Origin: Candidatus Saccharimonadales bacterium
GTDB taxonomy: Bacteria; Patescibacteriota; Saccharimonadia; Saccharimonadales; SZUA-47
Assembly (NCBI GenBank): GCA_038211855.1
Contig: JBBQVE010000002.1
Coordinates: 6,332 to 70,331 of the forward strand
DNA length: 64,000 nt
Direction of reading: 5' to 3'
Both the position numbers and the translations under genes were made by a program. The notes below the pieces were generated by a model. That model was not told where the DNA came from. It worked only from the letters and a program-made list of their open reading frames with translations, and made no database searches. Below, piece by piece: positions 9,619-19,642 of this stretch; the stretch's first letter is position 1; each line of letters begins with the position of its first letter.

Positions 9619-11760
9619 ATGAAAAAAATACTTCATCGCTTTGAAACTATGCTCGGTTTATTGCCGCAGTGGATGCAGTCTAATTGGGCAATACTTGCTC
9701 TTTACACAGCTGTCGTCTTCATAGCACTTTCAAGCGTTCTGATTTTTCATGTAACAACATTTTTTACGAATTTGGACAACGTCAATCAGTTCTACACCTG
9801 GTATCAGAAGTTGGCTGTCGATGTACACCATGGCTTTTTGCCCATCTGGGATACGAACGTTTTTGGCGGCCAATCTTTTGCAGGCGAGCTACAGCCGGGC
9901 GTTTTCTACCCAATCAATATCCTTTGGACGTTACTTTTTGGAAGTGTGCACGGTATCTCGCAACAGGCTCTTGATTATTTGGTTGCATTACATTTTGTGA
10001 TAGCTTCATTCGGAGCTTATCTTCTTACAAAGCAGCTCGGTGCTCGCAAATGGTCGGCATTTGTTGGTGGCCTCATTTTTGCTTTTTCAGGGATGGTGGC
10101 ATTCCGCTCAATCTCACAAACAGTTATTTTCTTTGGTCTGGCGCTCATGCCATTTCCTATTTATTTCTTGGCAAAATATCACGCTCAGGCAAAAGCAAAT
10201 TGGTGGTGGCTGATAGCGTGCGGTGCTTCCCTTGGACTTATTTTATTATCTGGACACATTGACCCATTTTATTTTGCGCTACTCATACTCGGTATCTTTG
10301 AGCTGACGTATGTTTGCAAAAGGTACACTACTATTTCATCGCTACGGCGCCAACTTTTTAAGAGTTTTGTATCGTTTTGTATTATTGGTATCTCTTCGGC
10401 CATCATTGCCTTGCCACAGTTAGTCATTAGCGCCGGATATTTGCCACATGCTTATCGTATACAGGCAGTGGGGTACGCTGGCCCGGGTGAGAAGATAAGT
10501 TACCGTGACTTCTCAAAGTCATTTAATCTTGATATCCATGAAGCTGCAAACATCGTAGATCCGGTCAGCTATCAAACAAGGGACGGTAACAGCCTATTTA
10601 TTGGTTTGGTACCACTCGGTGTTCTAATTTTGACGCTTTGTTTTGCGAAGGTAAGGCTTAATAAAACAAAAATATGGGCAGAACATTCAAATTTTGCCAC
10701 TACGCTATTACTACTTAGTACTGTGGTGATGCTTGGGTATGTAACATGGTTCGCGGTTCTTTTATATGAGATTCCAGGTGTCTATCAGATAAGAGAGCTA
10801 GGACGGTACACAATCTTGTTTCATTTTGGCATGATTTTTTTGCTTGTAGCGGCACTCGAGGTTTTCGCGGAGATAAAGTTAACCAAGCGACAAAAATTGA
10901 AGACCTTCGCCGTGGGCGCGTTCTTATGGATAGACACGGCCTATCTTTTGCTTCTAAGGCACCGCATTTTTAGTCTCCACAATGCGCTACAAATAGGACT
11001 TCTATCACTGCTGTTACTATTTGTAAGCGTCATGGACTCCGAGCCTGTTAAAAAACTTGGTATTATCACTTTAGTTATATTTACTGTCTTCACAAACACC
11101 TTATGGTTCTTGCCGAATATCACACCAAAAACCGAAACACCTGCCGAATATAGTCGCATGCCCAGCAAGCTTGTAGCACTACTGGAGCAGACGAATGGCA
11201 GCTACCGGGTAGATATTCCGACGAACGCCATTCCCGTTAATACGGGGAATGTGTATAACGTACAGACAATGGGGGGATACGCTGCAACAGTCTATGCGCC
11301 ATACTATGAAGTCTTACATAAGTCAGCAGTTGACCCAGGGTTTGTTCGAGATATTTTTGGAGTAAAGCTCGTCGTTCAAAAGGAAAAACCAAGTGCAGGT
11401 CAAACGAGCGTGTATGAAGACATGAATAATCAAGTTTATATTGTAAGTCGACCATCAGCATTACCAAAGTTCTTCATGACTCTTCAGCCAGGCTCTCTAG
11501 TCCGAAGTGATTATCAGCCAATCACCTCGACGACCTTGAGTTATAACGATCATCTAGAAAAGTACAGTGTGACGATGCCGACCAACGGCACGGCTATCAT
11601 ATCGGAAATTGCCTATAGAGGCTGGACGGCTACGATTGACGGAATGAACGCAGACCTAAAGACGTATGAAGTGGCAGGTAAACCACTTTTGAAATCACTT
11701 GATTTGTCAGCTGGGACACACATAGTCGAACTTAGCTATAAGCCCTTTGGATTATTTTAA
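9619..11760 (+). CDS. YfhO-family polytopic membrane glycosyltransferase
   Basis: About 713 aa with many TM helices. N-terminal [30 protein letters not shown] is the YfhO hallmark. GGGAGA lies ahead of the ATG at 9619. Large extracytoplasmic C-terminal domain. Confidence 0.75.
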   Translation: MKKILHRFETMLGLLPQWMQSNWAILALYTAVVFIALSSVLIFHVTTFFTNLDNVNQFYTWYQKLAVDVHHGFLPIWDTNVFGGQSFAGELQPGVFYPINILWTLLFGSVHGISQQALDYLVALHFVIASFGAYLLTKQLGARKWSAFVGGLIFAFSGMVAFRSISQTVIFFGLALMPFPIYFLAKYHAQAKANWWWLIACGASLGLILLSGHIDPFYFALLILGIFELTYVCKRYTTISSLRRQLFKSFVSFCIIGISSAIIALPQLVISAGYLPHAYRIQAVGYAGPGEKISYRDFSKSFNLDIHEAANIVDPVSYQTRDGNSLFIGLVPLGVLILTLCFAKVRLNKTKIWAEHSNFATTLLLLSTVVMLGYVTWFAVLLYEIPGVYQIRELGRYTILFHFGMIFLLVAALEVFAEIKLTKRQKLKTFAVGAFLWIDTAYLLLLRHRIFSLHNALQIGLLSLLLLFVSVMDSEPVKKLGIITLVIFTVFTNTLWFLPNITPKTETPAEYSRMPSKLVALLEQTNGSYRVDIPTNAIPVNTGNVYNVQTMGGYAATVYAPYYEVLHKSAVDPGFVRDIFGVKLVVQKEKPSAGQTSVYEDMNNQVYIVSRPSALPKFFMTLQPGSLVRSDYQPITSTTLSYNDHLEKYSVTMPTNGTAIISEIAYRGWTATIDGMNADLKTYEVAGKPLLKSLDLSAGTHIVELSYKPFGLF

Positions 11761-12473
11761 ATAAACAAGTTGAATCGGATGATTTCAACGATGGCCTTCA
11801 GCCCGTCTTTTAAGCCTATTTTCTTGCCTTCTTCTTTACTGCGACCATAGTAACTGATGCCGATTTCATAGACAGCCACCTTTGATTTAGCGATGCGAGC
11901 GGTAATTTCTGGTTCAAAACCAAAGCGTGCAGCTTTCAGGTCTTTGGCTAAAGTGCGGGCGAGGTCGCCACGCATCATTTTGTAGCAAGTTTCCATATCG
12001 GTGAGATTAAGTCCCGTAAACAAGTTAGAAAGCATCGTCAAAAATTTATTGGCGACTTGGTTGCGGTAATAAATTATGCGATGCGGTTCGCCGCCAATAA
12101 AACGCGACCCATAGACAACATCGGCATGTCCACGCTCAATTGGGTAAAGGAGTCGTTTATATTCTTCCGGGTCATATTCGAGGTCTGCATCCTGAATGAC
12201 AACGACGTCGCCGGTGCTTTCTAAAAGACCGCGTTTGAGGGCGGCGCCTTTACCTTGGTTATGCTCTTGAAAAATAAGCTGTAATGACTTGTTTTTGGCG
12301 GCCAGTTTTTTGAGGATATCGCGCGTTCCATCCTTAGAACCATCGTCGATGATGATAATTTCTTTTTTGGTAGAACCGAGATTGACGTCCATTACCTCGT
12401 CGATAATTTTAACTATAGTGTTTTTTTCGTTGTAGCAGGGCATGATAATTGAGAGTGTTTTCGTCTTTGCCAT
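11757..12473 (-). CDS. polyprenyl-phosphate glycosyltransferase (GT2; GtrB/CsbB/DPM1-like)
   Basis: 238 aa. [40 protein letters not shown] ribosome-binding site upstream. Confidence 0.85.
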   Translation of the reverse strand: MAKTKTLSIIMPCYNEKNTIVKIIDEVMDVNLGSTKKEIIIIDDGSKDGTRDILKKLAAKNKSLQLIFQEHNQGKGAALKRGLLESTGDVVVIQDADLEYDPEEYKRLLYPIERGHADVVYGSRFIGGEPHRIIYYRNQVANKFLTMLSNLFTGLNLTDMETCYKMMRGDLARTLAKDLKAARFGFEPEITARIAKSKVAVYEIGISYYGRSKEEGKKIGLKDGLKAIVEIIRFNLFI

Positions 12474-12525
12474 AGCAGTATATTCTTCCTTTTAGTACTC
12501 GCAGATATGATAGCATATAGGGTGA

Positions 12526-12975
12526 ATGAGGGCTTATGCGAAAAACAAAATCACTACACTTTTGAAAGTAGACTTCATTCGCTTTTGCATAGTTGGCGGC
12601 ACGGGCTTTATCATCAATCTCATCTTACTAGAACTATTAAATGGCGTTTTTAAACTGCCGATTATCACTGCTCAGCTCATTGCTGCCGAAATCTCCTTAT
12701 TCAGTAATTTCATGCTGCATCATCACTGGACCTACAAAAGCAAAAAGGTTAATAAGTCACTCAGGACACTCATCATCCAATTTCATGCGACATCATGGCC
12801 AGCTATCCTCGGAAGCAGCCTGATGGTGGGAGTCGGCGTAAAGACTTTTCATTTAAAGAAAATTGAGGCACTCGCAGTAAGCTCGGCTATTGCTTTGGTT
12901 TGGAATTTTTGTTGGTCAAAATTTGTAATATGGAAAGATACTACTAATGCCGATATTAAGGAGATGGTGAAATGA
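12526..12975 (+). CDS. GtrA-family membrane protein
   Basis: 149 aa with four hydrophobic helices. FIRFCIVGGTGFIINL and WNFCWSKFVIW are motifs typical of GtrA. Confidence 0.8.
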   Translation: MRAYAKNKITTLLKVDFIRFCIVGGTGFIINLILLELLNGVFKLPIITAQLIAAEISLFSNFMLHHHWTYKSKKVNKSLRTLIIQFHATSWPAILGSSLMVGVGVKTFHLKKIEALAVSSAIALVWNFCWSKFVIWKDTTNADIKEMVK

Positions 12976-14300
12976 AGATTGCAGTTATTGGAACGGGATA
13001 TGTAGGGCTGGTGACGGGAACATGTTTTGCCGAAATGGGCAATGACGTAACGTGTGTAGATATTGATGAAGCAAAGGTAAAAAAAATGCAGGCCGGTCAG
13101 GTGCCAATATACGAACCAGATTTGGAGTCGCTATTTAAGCGCAACATCAAAGAGGAACGCTTACACTTCACGACTGATCTTACAGCGGGTATTGAAGGTG
13201 CTAAAGTCTTGTTTCTTGCCCTGCCAACACCTCCGGGCGAAGATGGTTCGGCTGATCTTTCTTACATTCTTGGTGTTGCAGATCAACTTGGTCCTCTACT
13301 GAAGGACTACTCAATTGTAATCGACAAAAGTACCGTGCCAGTTGGAACTGCCGAGCGCGTTCGTAATCACATCGCTAAACATGCCAAAGTTGAATTTAGT
13401 GTTGTCTCGAATCCAGAGTTTTTGCGAGAAGGTTTTGCGGTGGCTGACTTTATGAAGCCAGACCGCGTCGTTATTGGTACGGATTCGGAAAAGGCTAAGG
13501 GAATACTCGAAGATTTGTATGCGCCATTTGTACGTCAAGGTAACCCCATCTACTTCATGGACGAACGTTCGGCCGAAATGACGAAGTATGCTGCAAATGC
13601 CTTCCTGGCTACCAAAATTTCATTCATGAACGAAATTGCGAACCTGTGTGAACTGCTAGGTGCAGACGTTGATGCTGTTCGACTTGGCATTGGGTCTGAC
13701 GAGCGCATTGGCAAACGCTTCCTGTTTCCGGGAATCGGTTATGGCGGTAGCTGTTTTCCAAAAGATGTGATGGCGCTGCACAAAACCGCCCTCGATAACG
13801 ACTATACTTTCAAGATTCTTGAAGCTGTAACAGAGGTAAATATGTACCAGAAGCAGCGTCTGGTTAATAAAGTGAATAAGTACTACGATGCTAACATCGA
13901 AGGTAAAGTCTTTGCACTATGGGGCTTGGCCTTTAAGCCCGATACAGACGATATTCGTGAGGCAGCGGCACTTGAAATTGTCAAAGATATTACTCAAGCC
14001 GGTGGTAAGATTGTAGCTTATGACCCAGAGGCTATGCCAAACGTCCAAACGTCCAATAGTGATAATAAGAATCTGACCTTTGCGAAAGATGAATACAGCG
14101 CACTTGAAGGCGCCGACGCGCTTTTGATTGCGACAGAATGGGAGCAATTCCGCGCGCCGGATTTTGCCAAGATGAAGCGATTACTAAAACACAATGTCAT
14201 TTTTGATGGTCGCAATTTGTACAATCGTGATCAAATGGCCGACGAAGGCTTTTACTACAATAGTATTGGCAGAAATGTGGTAGTTAGTGGCAAAGAATAG
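12972..14300 (+). CDS. ugd: UDP-glucose 6-dehydrogenase
   Basis: MKIAVIGTGYVGLV, GGSCFPKD with the catalytic Cys, and 442 aa. ATGA overlap with gtrA. Confidence 0.92.
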   Translation: MKIAVIGTGYVGLVTGTCFAEMGNDVTCVDIDEAKVKKMQAGQVPIYEPDLESLFKRNIKEERLHFTTDLTAGIEGAKVLFLALPTPPGEDGSADLSYILGVADQLGPLLKDYSIVIDKSTVPVGTAERVRNHIAKHAKVEFSVVSNPEFLREGFAVADFMKPDRVVIGTDSEKAKGILEDLYAPFVRQGNPIYFMDERSAEMTKYAANAFLATKISFMNEIANLCELLGADVDAVRLGIGSDERIGKRFLFPGIGYGGSCFPKDVMALHKTALDNDYTFKILEAVTEVNMYQKQRLVNKVNKYYDANIEGKVFALWGLAFKPDTDDIREAAALEIVKDITQAGGKIVAYDPEAMPNVQTSNSDNKNLTFAKDEYSALEGADALLIATEWEQFRAPDFAKMKRLLKHNVIFDGRNLYNRDQMADEGFYYNSIGRNVVVSGKE

Positions 14301-15240
14301 AGTTCTGATTGCGGGCGGAGCTGGTTTTCTCGGTTCGTTTTTGTGCGATTATTATATAGAGCATGGTTACGTGGTTGATTGTGTTGATAACCTTTGTACT
14401 GGTTCCGAAAACAATATTGCTCACTTAAAGAACAATCCTGATTTTCGCTTTATAAATCATGACATTGTGCAAGACTTCCCGAATGAAATAACAGATCAAA
14501 CGTACATGTATATTCTGAATATGGCATCACCTGCCAGCCCACCGCATTATCAACGACTTTCTATTGAAACCTTGCAAGTTGGTTCAGTTGGTACGCTTAA
14601 TCTTCTCGAACTGACTCGAGCCTCAAAAGGCCGCTTTTTTCAGGCCTCTACGAGCGAAGTCTATGGCGATCCAGAAGTCCATCCGCAACCAGAAAGCTAT
14701 AAAGGAAGTGTAAATACGTATGGTCCGCGCAGTATGTATGACGAATCAAAACGGTATGCAGAGGCACTGATTTATGCCCACCGTCACAAATACGGTACCA
14801 ACACAGTCATCGCTCGCTTCTTCAATACTTATGGCCCGCGCATGGATCCGAAAGACGGCCGTGTGGTGTCTAACTTTATCGTACAAGCTCTTTCTGGTGT
14901 TCCACTTACTGTCTACGGTGATGGTAAGCAGACGCGAAGTTTTTGCTACGTAGATGATCTGATAATTGGCATCACTAAACTAATTGAGTCGAACGAAGAA
15001 GGCCCAATGAACCTTGGTAATCCGGGCGAATTTACGATGCTTGAACTGGCCGAAAAAATCTTAGCACAAATCGGCAGTGCGTCCGAAATCATACATCTGC
15101 CTTTGCCTGGTGACGACCCAACCCAGCGCAAACCAGTTATCGACTACGCAAAAAAAGCTCTTGCGTGGGAGCCAACGATTCCACTCGAAGAAGGTCTCAA
15201 GAAGACCATTGCTTACTTTGCGATGTATGTAAACGACTAA
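14287..15240 (+). CDS. UDP-glucuronate decarboxylase (UDP-xylose synthase)
   Basis: RVLIAGGAGFLGSFLCD, ASTSEVYGDP, YDESKRYAE. Immediately follows ugd. Confidence 0.87.
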   Translation: MAKNRVLIAGGAGFLGSFLCDYYIEHGYVVDCVDNLCTGSENNIAHLKNNPDFRFINHDIVQDFPNEITDQTYMYILNMASPASPPHYQRLSIETLQVGSVGTLNLLELTRASKGRFFQASTSEVYGDPEVHPQPESYKGSVNTYGPRSMYDESKRYAEALIYAHRHKYGTNTVIARFFNTYGPRMDPKDGRVVSNFIVQALSGVPLTVYGDGKQTRSFCYVDDLIIGITKLIESNEEGPMNLGNPGEFTMLELAEKILAQIGSASEIIHLPLPGDDPTQRKPVIDYAKKALAWEPTIPLEEGLKKTIAYFAMYVND

Positions 15241-15290
15241 TTTCTCTAGTCTTGTGTTCAATTTATAATTTTGATGTTAAAGTAGTAGCG

Positions 15291-16244
15291 ATGCTAAAGC
15301 TTACAAAAACAAAAAACTGGCTGCTTGGAGCCTTGTTGTTGGCGGTTATACCTGTTGCACTTACCGTCTCAGGACACAAAGTCTATGCAGAAGATACTAA
15401 CAGCTATCCGTGGATTCGACCCGTTAGTTGGCTTGACCAAGTCATTTCAAGCCCAACTGGGGGTACTGGACAGGGGCACATCGGCGTAGACCTTTTGTTA
15501 GGTAGTTCTAATCAGTCGTACGATCCTTGTCATAATAGCTCCGATCCATTTATATCTGGCTGCCAAAACTCAGGGGGATATTACAAGGTACTAAAGTACA
15601 ATTCATCGGGCAATGAATTTCCATATGGAATATTTATCGACAATACAAACGGAAGTGCCAGCCACTACTGGGCCAAGCGCACCGGAGTAGTGTTTCTAGA
15701 AATCTATCCTTATTCTATTCCCGTAAGTGCACCACTTTCTGGGTATCGGCTTGATCCAGGTGCTTGTGGTTGTGCGGTGTACGGTGGCCTAGAGGTGGTT
15801 ATCAAAGACTGGAAGGGTTCGTCCGCTCCGGGAAGTGCTTATTCAGCAAATATTGGTACTTTACGAACCACGAGTTTGACTGAACCTGACGTCGGCAAGA
15901 TGAATGGTTACATTAAGCGAAATGGTACAAATGTGGGTGCAGGCATCGCCAACACTGATTGGTTCGGACAGGACAGCAGTACGGCGCGTTCTAGCGGTGG
16001 ATTCCCGGTCTTTAGTTTTGCATCTTGGCCAACAAACGCCGATGGGTATTACACGTCGGGACCGGTGCTAAAGGGCAATTATCATTTTTATGTAACAGAC
16101 AATGGTCCGACAAATACTGGTCCAACGCGTAAAGTTGAATGCTTCGGCATTGGTGTCAAAGGAACTTCAGATAGAATGGATATGGAGCTGACGCAGCAAC
16201 ACTTTGGTCTGGATGGACCCGGCCGCCAATGTTATGATCGCTAG
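15291..16244 (+). CDS. secreted hypothetical protein
   Basis: The start is taken at MLKLTKTKNWLLGALLLAVIPVALTVSGHKVYA, which is a signal peptide. The annotated upstream extension overlaps the uxs-like gene. No recognisable catalytic motif. Confidence 0.6.
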   Translation: MLKLTKTKNWLLGALLLAVIPVALTVSGHKVYAEDTNSYPWIRPVSWLDQVISSPTGGTGQGHIGVDLLLGSSNQSYDPCHNSSDPFISGCQNSGGYYKVLKYNSSGNEFPYGIFIDNTNGSASHYWAKRTGVVFLEIYPYSIPVSAPLSGYRLDPGACGCAVYGGLEVVIKDWKGSSAPGSAYSANIGTLRTTSLTEPDVGKMNGYIKRNGTNVGAGIANTDWFGQDSSTARSSGGFPVFSFASWPTNADGYYTSGPVLKGNYHFYVTDNGPTNTGPTRKVECFGIGVKGTSDRMDMELTQQHFGLDGPGRQCYDR

Positions 16245-16246
16245 CC

Positions 16247-17113
16247 CTAGGCTTGATTGGCTAAGTTAAGTAAGTAATGACCATATCCGGATTTTTTGAG
16301 TGGTTCAGCGATGTGGATGAGTTGATCGCGAGTTATAAAGCCTTGTCGGAAGGCGGTTTCTTCAATGCAGCCTATCTTGAGGCCTTGACGATCTTCGATG
16401 ACTTGTACGAACTGACTTGCTTGATTGAGGCTGGCAAACGTGCCCGTGTCGAGCCAAGCTGTGCCGCGGTCTAGCAGCTGTACTTTTAACTTTCCAGCTC
16501 GCAAATAGGCATTGTGGATTTCTGTAATTTCTATTTCGCCACGTTCACTCGGCTTGACGTTCTTAGCGATTTCTACGACGTCATTATCAAAAAAGTAGAG
16601 ACCAGGAATGGCATAGTTTGATTTTGGTTTAAGTGGCTTTTCTTCGATGCTGACGACTTTCATATTTTCATCAAACTCAACAATGCCGTAGCGTTCCGGA
16701 TCCGCAACTTGATACCCAAAAATTACCCCGCCGTCTGGGTTGTTTGCCGCCACAATTTTTTCATCAATATCACTGCCGTAGAAGATATTATCACCAAGTA
16801 CCATAGCGACTTTGTCATCACCAATAAAGTCTGCGCCAACAATGAATGCATCGGCCAATCCACGCGGTGTATCTTGGATTTTATAGGTAAAATTACAACC
16901 GATGCGATCACCACTGCCCAAGAGTTGCTCGAAGCGAGGTAAGTCCTGCGGTGTACTGATAATGAGGATATCGCGGATCCCAGCGCCCATGAGTGTAGAA
17001 AGCGGGTAATAAATCATCGGCTTATCGTAGAGCGGGATTAACTGTTTACTTACGCCAAGTGTAATCGGATAAAGACGCGTACCCGAACCACCTGCTAAAA
17101 TGATACCTTTCAT
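16247..17113 (-). CDS. rfbA: glucose-1-phosphate thymidylyltransferase
   Basis: MKGIILAGGSGTRLYPIT and 288 aa. Last gene of the rfbBCDA run. Confidence 0.93.
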   Translation of the reverse strand: MKGIILAGGSGTRLYPITLGVSKQLIPLYDKPMIYYPLSTLMGAGIRDILIISTPQDLPRFEQLLGSGDRIGCNFTYKIQDTPRGLADAFIVGADFIGDDKVAMVLGDNIFYGSDIDEKIVAANNPDGGVIFGYQVADPERYGIVEFDENMKVVSIEEKPLKPKSNYAIPGLYFFDNDVVEIAKNVKPSERGEIEITEIHNAYLRAGKLKVQLLDRGTAWLDTGTFASLNQASQFVQVIEDRQGLKIGCIEETAFRQGFITRDQLIHIAEPLKKSGYGHYLLNLANQA

Positions 17114-17964
17114 GTGGCTAACTCCTTCTTTATATATTCGCCAAGATCCTGCTTCCAGTCATGCGGAGTGAAACCGGCGGCTTTGATTTTACTGAGGTCG
17201 AGGCTGCTTTGGAGGGGTCGTGGGGCTATGTTTGCTTTGCCAGCAAAATACTCAGCGGTTGTCGTATCGGTCACTGTGTTTTTTAGACCGGCCTGACTAT
17301 AAATCTCACGTGTGATGTCAGCCCAAGAGGCGGCCTCGCCCTCGTTGGAGACGTTGTAACTGCCAAACGGTGCACTGGTCGTCAGCAAGTGGTCAATAGC
17401 CGAGACAAGTGTTGAGGTGAAGGTCAAGCGACCGATTTGATCTGAAACAACTGTAGGATTCACGCCTTTATTGCCGAGCTCGTACATGGTACGGACGAAG
17501 TTCTTGCCTTCACCGATGACCCACGAAGTCCGCAAAATATAAAACTTTGGAGCAAGAGAGACAATGAGATCGCCGGCTGCTTTGGTTGAACCATAGACAG
17601 ATAGTGGTGAAAATGCCTCATCTTCGAGATGATTATGCACAGTACCATCAAACACATAGTCAGTTGAAACATGCACCAGTATCGCATCGTATTCGGCGGC
17701 AGCTGCCACGAGATTGGCGACGGCATCGGCATTGACTGCCCAGGCCATGGGTCGACCTTCTAAAGTTTCAGCACCATCAACGTTCGTGTAAGCGGCGGCA
17801 TTGAGAATGACTTTTATGCCGCTCCAATCATAGGCAGCCACGGAATCTTTGTCAGTAATATTAAGCTCATCGATGTCAGCCCATTTCGCACGAGGGTACT
17901 GCGCTTGTAAAGCCAGACCTAATTGGCCTTTTGCACCGATGATAAATACTTCTTCGTCGTTCAC
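17110..17964 (-). CDS. rfbD: dTDP-4-dehydrorhamnose reductase
   Basis: 284 aa. IIGAKGQLG, STDYVFDG, YGSTKAAGD. Confidence 0.9.
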   Translation of the reverse strand: MNDEEVFIIGAKGQLGLALQAQYPRAKWADIDELNITDKDSVAAYDWSGIKVILNAAAYTNVDGAETLEGRPMAWAVNADAVANLVAAAAEYDAILVHVSTDYVFDGTVHNHLEDEAFSPLSVYGSTKAAGDLIVSLAPKFYILRTSWVIGEGKNFVRTMYELGNKGVNPTVVSDQIGRLTFTSTLVSAIDHLLTTSAPFGSYNVSNEGEAASWADITREIYSQAGLKNTVTDTTTAEYFAGKANIAPRPLQSSLDLSKIKAAGFTPHDWKQDLGEYIKKELAT

Positions 17965-18560
17965 TGGAAGTGCTCCGGAAACAGTTCGCGCATAGTTTTA
18001 TTCTGTTGATCCTTTAACGACACTATCTGGTCTTCTTTACCGATAGGCCACTGGATATTCAAGTCAGGATCTGCATAATTAACGGCAATATATTGCCCAG
18101 AGTAAGCTTTTTCGGCACTCCACACACCGTTGACACAGTAGACGTAAAAAACATCTTCATCAGAGATCGCCTGTGTGGAATTCCCAACGCCTTTTGGAAT
18201 AAATAGCATTTTTGTGTCATCAAGTTCGATAGTCTCTACCTGGCCAAAAGTTGCAGAGTCTTCCCGTAGGTCGACCATGGCACAAAAAACGCGCCCCTGA
18301 ACAGTGTGAACGACTTTATCGTATGGCTCGGCGTGAATTGCGCGGATGGTGCCTTTTTTGGAACGCGCAATACCGAGCTGCTGCGGCGTGACTGCCGGCA
18401 AGCCAAGCTCTTGCATCGCCTCAGTCTGCCAGACTTCGGTGAAGCGGCCGCGGGGGTCTTCGAAAATGTTCAAATCAAAGATAAGCATGCCATCAAATTT
18501 CGTCTTGTGGACGGCGCGACTACTCACTTGTAAAATATCAGATTTGTTATCAGTCATCAT
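17961..18560 (-). CDS. rfbC: dTDP-4-dehydrorhamnose 3,5-epimerase
   Basis: Cupin-type sequence (RGRFTEVWQ ... IRAIHAEPYDK ... GVGNSTQ). The start is taken at MMTDNK because the longer ORF start overlaps rfbB. Confidence 0.88.
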   Translation of the reverse strand: MMTDNKSDILQVSSRAVHKTKFDGMLIFDLNIFEDPRGRFTEVWQTEAMQELGLPAVTPQQLGIARSKKGTIRAIHAEPYDKVVHTVQGRVFCAMVDLREDSATFGQVETIELDDTKMLFIPKGVGNSTQAISDEDVFYVYCVNGVWSAEKAYSGQYIAVNYADPDLNIQWPIGKEDQIVSLKDQQNKTMRELFPEHFQ

Positions 18561-19572
18561 TGTTTCCGTCTTTTGTCTTGTACATGACATGTTCACGCAT
18601 CAGGTCAAATCTCTCGGAAAAGCTTTGCCACCATGGTTCATTACTCGTGTACCAATCAACAGTCTTCTTGATACCTTCTTCAAAAGACACGCTCTGTTTC
18701 CAGCCAAGGGTCTTTTCTATATAGCTTGGATCGATGTCATAGCGCATGTCATGCCCCGGGCGGTCGGTAACGAACTGAATCTGATCATGCGGCTTGCCAA
18801 GTGCTTCCAAGATAGCCCGAGCGACTTCAAGGCCACTCTTTTGGGCGGCACCACCAACACAGTATGTTTGACCAACCTCACCGTTGTGAAGAGCTAAATC
18901 TATTGCCGCACAATGGTCCTCAACAAACAGATAGTCACGAACAGCTGTACCGTTGCCGTACACGGGCAAAAGCTCATTGTGCATAGCCTTGGCGATAAAG
19001 ACCGGAATGATGCGACCTGGAGAGTCCCACGGACCATAATTGTTAGAACAGTTGGTGATTGTATAAGGTAGGCCGTAGCTTTCGCCGTAAGCCCGTACAA
19101 TATGGTCGCTCGATGCTTTGGAAGCTGCATAAGGGCTTCGCGGACTGTAAGGCGTTTGCTCATTGAATCGTAGGTTACTACCGAGTTCTAGGCTGCCAAA
19201 CACTTCATCGGTTGAGACGTGGTGAAAGCGCTTCACTCCTTGCTGAAGCGCAGCTCGGGCCAGACTATCAGTACCTAAGATATTCGATTGTAGAAATGGT
19301 CCTGGATCAGCAATTGAACGGTCGACGTGTGTGTAGGCAGCAAAGTGTACCACCCAGTCGACGCCTTTCAACAAAGTATTCATCGCATCAAAGTCACATA
19401 TGTCGGCCTTATGAAAAGTAATTTTATCTTTGACGGCCTCCAAGCGACCCTCATCACCAGCGTAAGTAAGAGCGTCCACGACAGATATTTTATAGTCGGG
19501 GTATTTATGTACCAGATAATGTACGAAGTTTGAGCCGATAAATCCTGCACCGCCCGTAACAAGTATTTCCAT
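18550..19572 (-). CDS. rfbB: dTDP-glucose 4,6-dehydratase
   Basis: ILVTGGAGFIGSNFVHYL, VSTDEVFG, YAASKASSDH and 340 aa. Confidence 0.93.
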   Translation of the reverse strand: MEILVTGGAGFIGSNFVHYLVHKYPDYKISVVDALTYAGDEGRLEAVKDKITFHKADICDFDAMNTLLKGVDWVVHFAAYTHVDRSIADPGPFLQSNILGTDSLARAALQQGVKRFHHVSTDEVFGSLELGSNLRFNEQTPYSPRSPYAASKASSDHIVRAYGESYGLPYTITNCSNNYGPWDSPGRIIPVFIAKAMHNELLPVYGNGTAVRDYLFVEDHCAAIDLALHNGEVGQTYCVGGAAQKSGLEVARAILEALGKPHDQIQFVTDRPGHDMRYDIDPSYIEKTLGWKQSVSFEEGIKKTVDWYTSNEPWWQSFSERFDLMREHVMYKTKDGNNDD

Positions 19573-19642
19573 AGATGTAAGTATAACAAATTGGCCGAAC
19601 AGTTTGGGATTTAATCGTCGTGGCGCGTGGTACTATGTCACC

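Noticed and set aside
15165-15290. N-terminal extension of the 15165-16244 ORF
   Set aside because: It overlaps the 3' end of the UXS-like gene in another frame. A textbook signal peptide begins at the internal ATG at 15291.
18346-18897. 183-aa ORF on the plus strand
   Set aside because: It is antisense to the rfbC/rfbB junction and is a shadow ORF of highly conserved genes.
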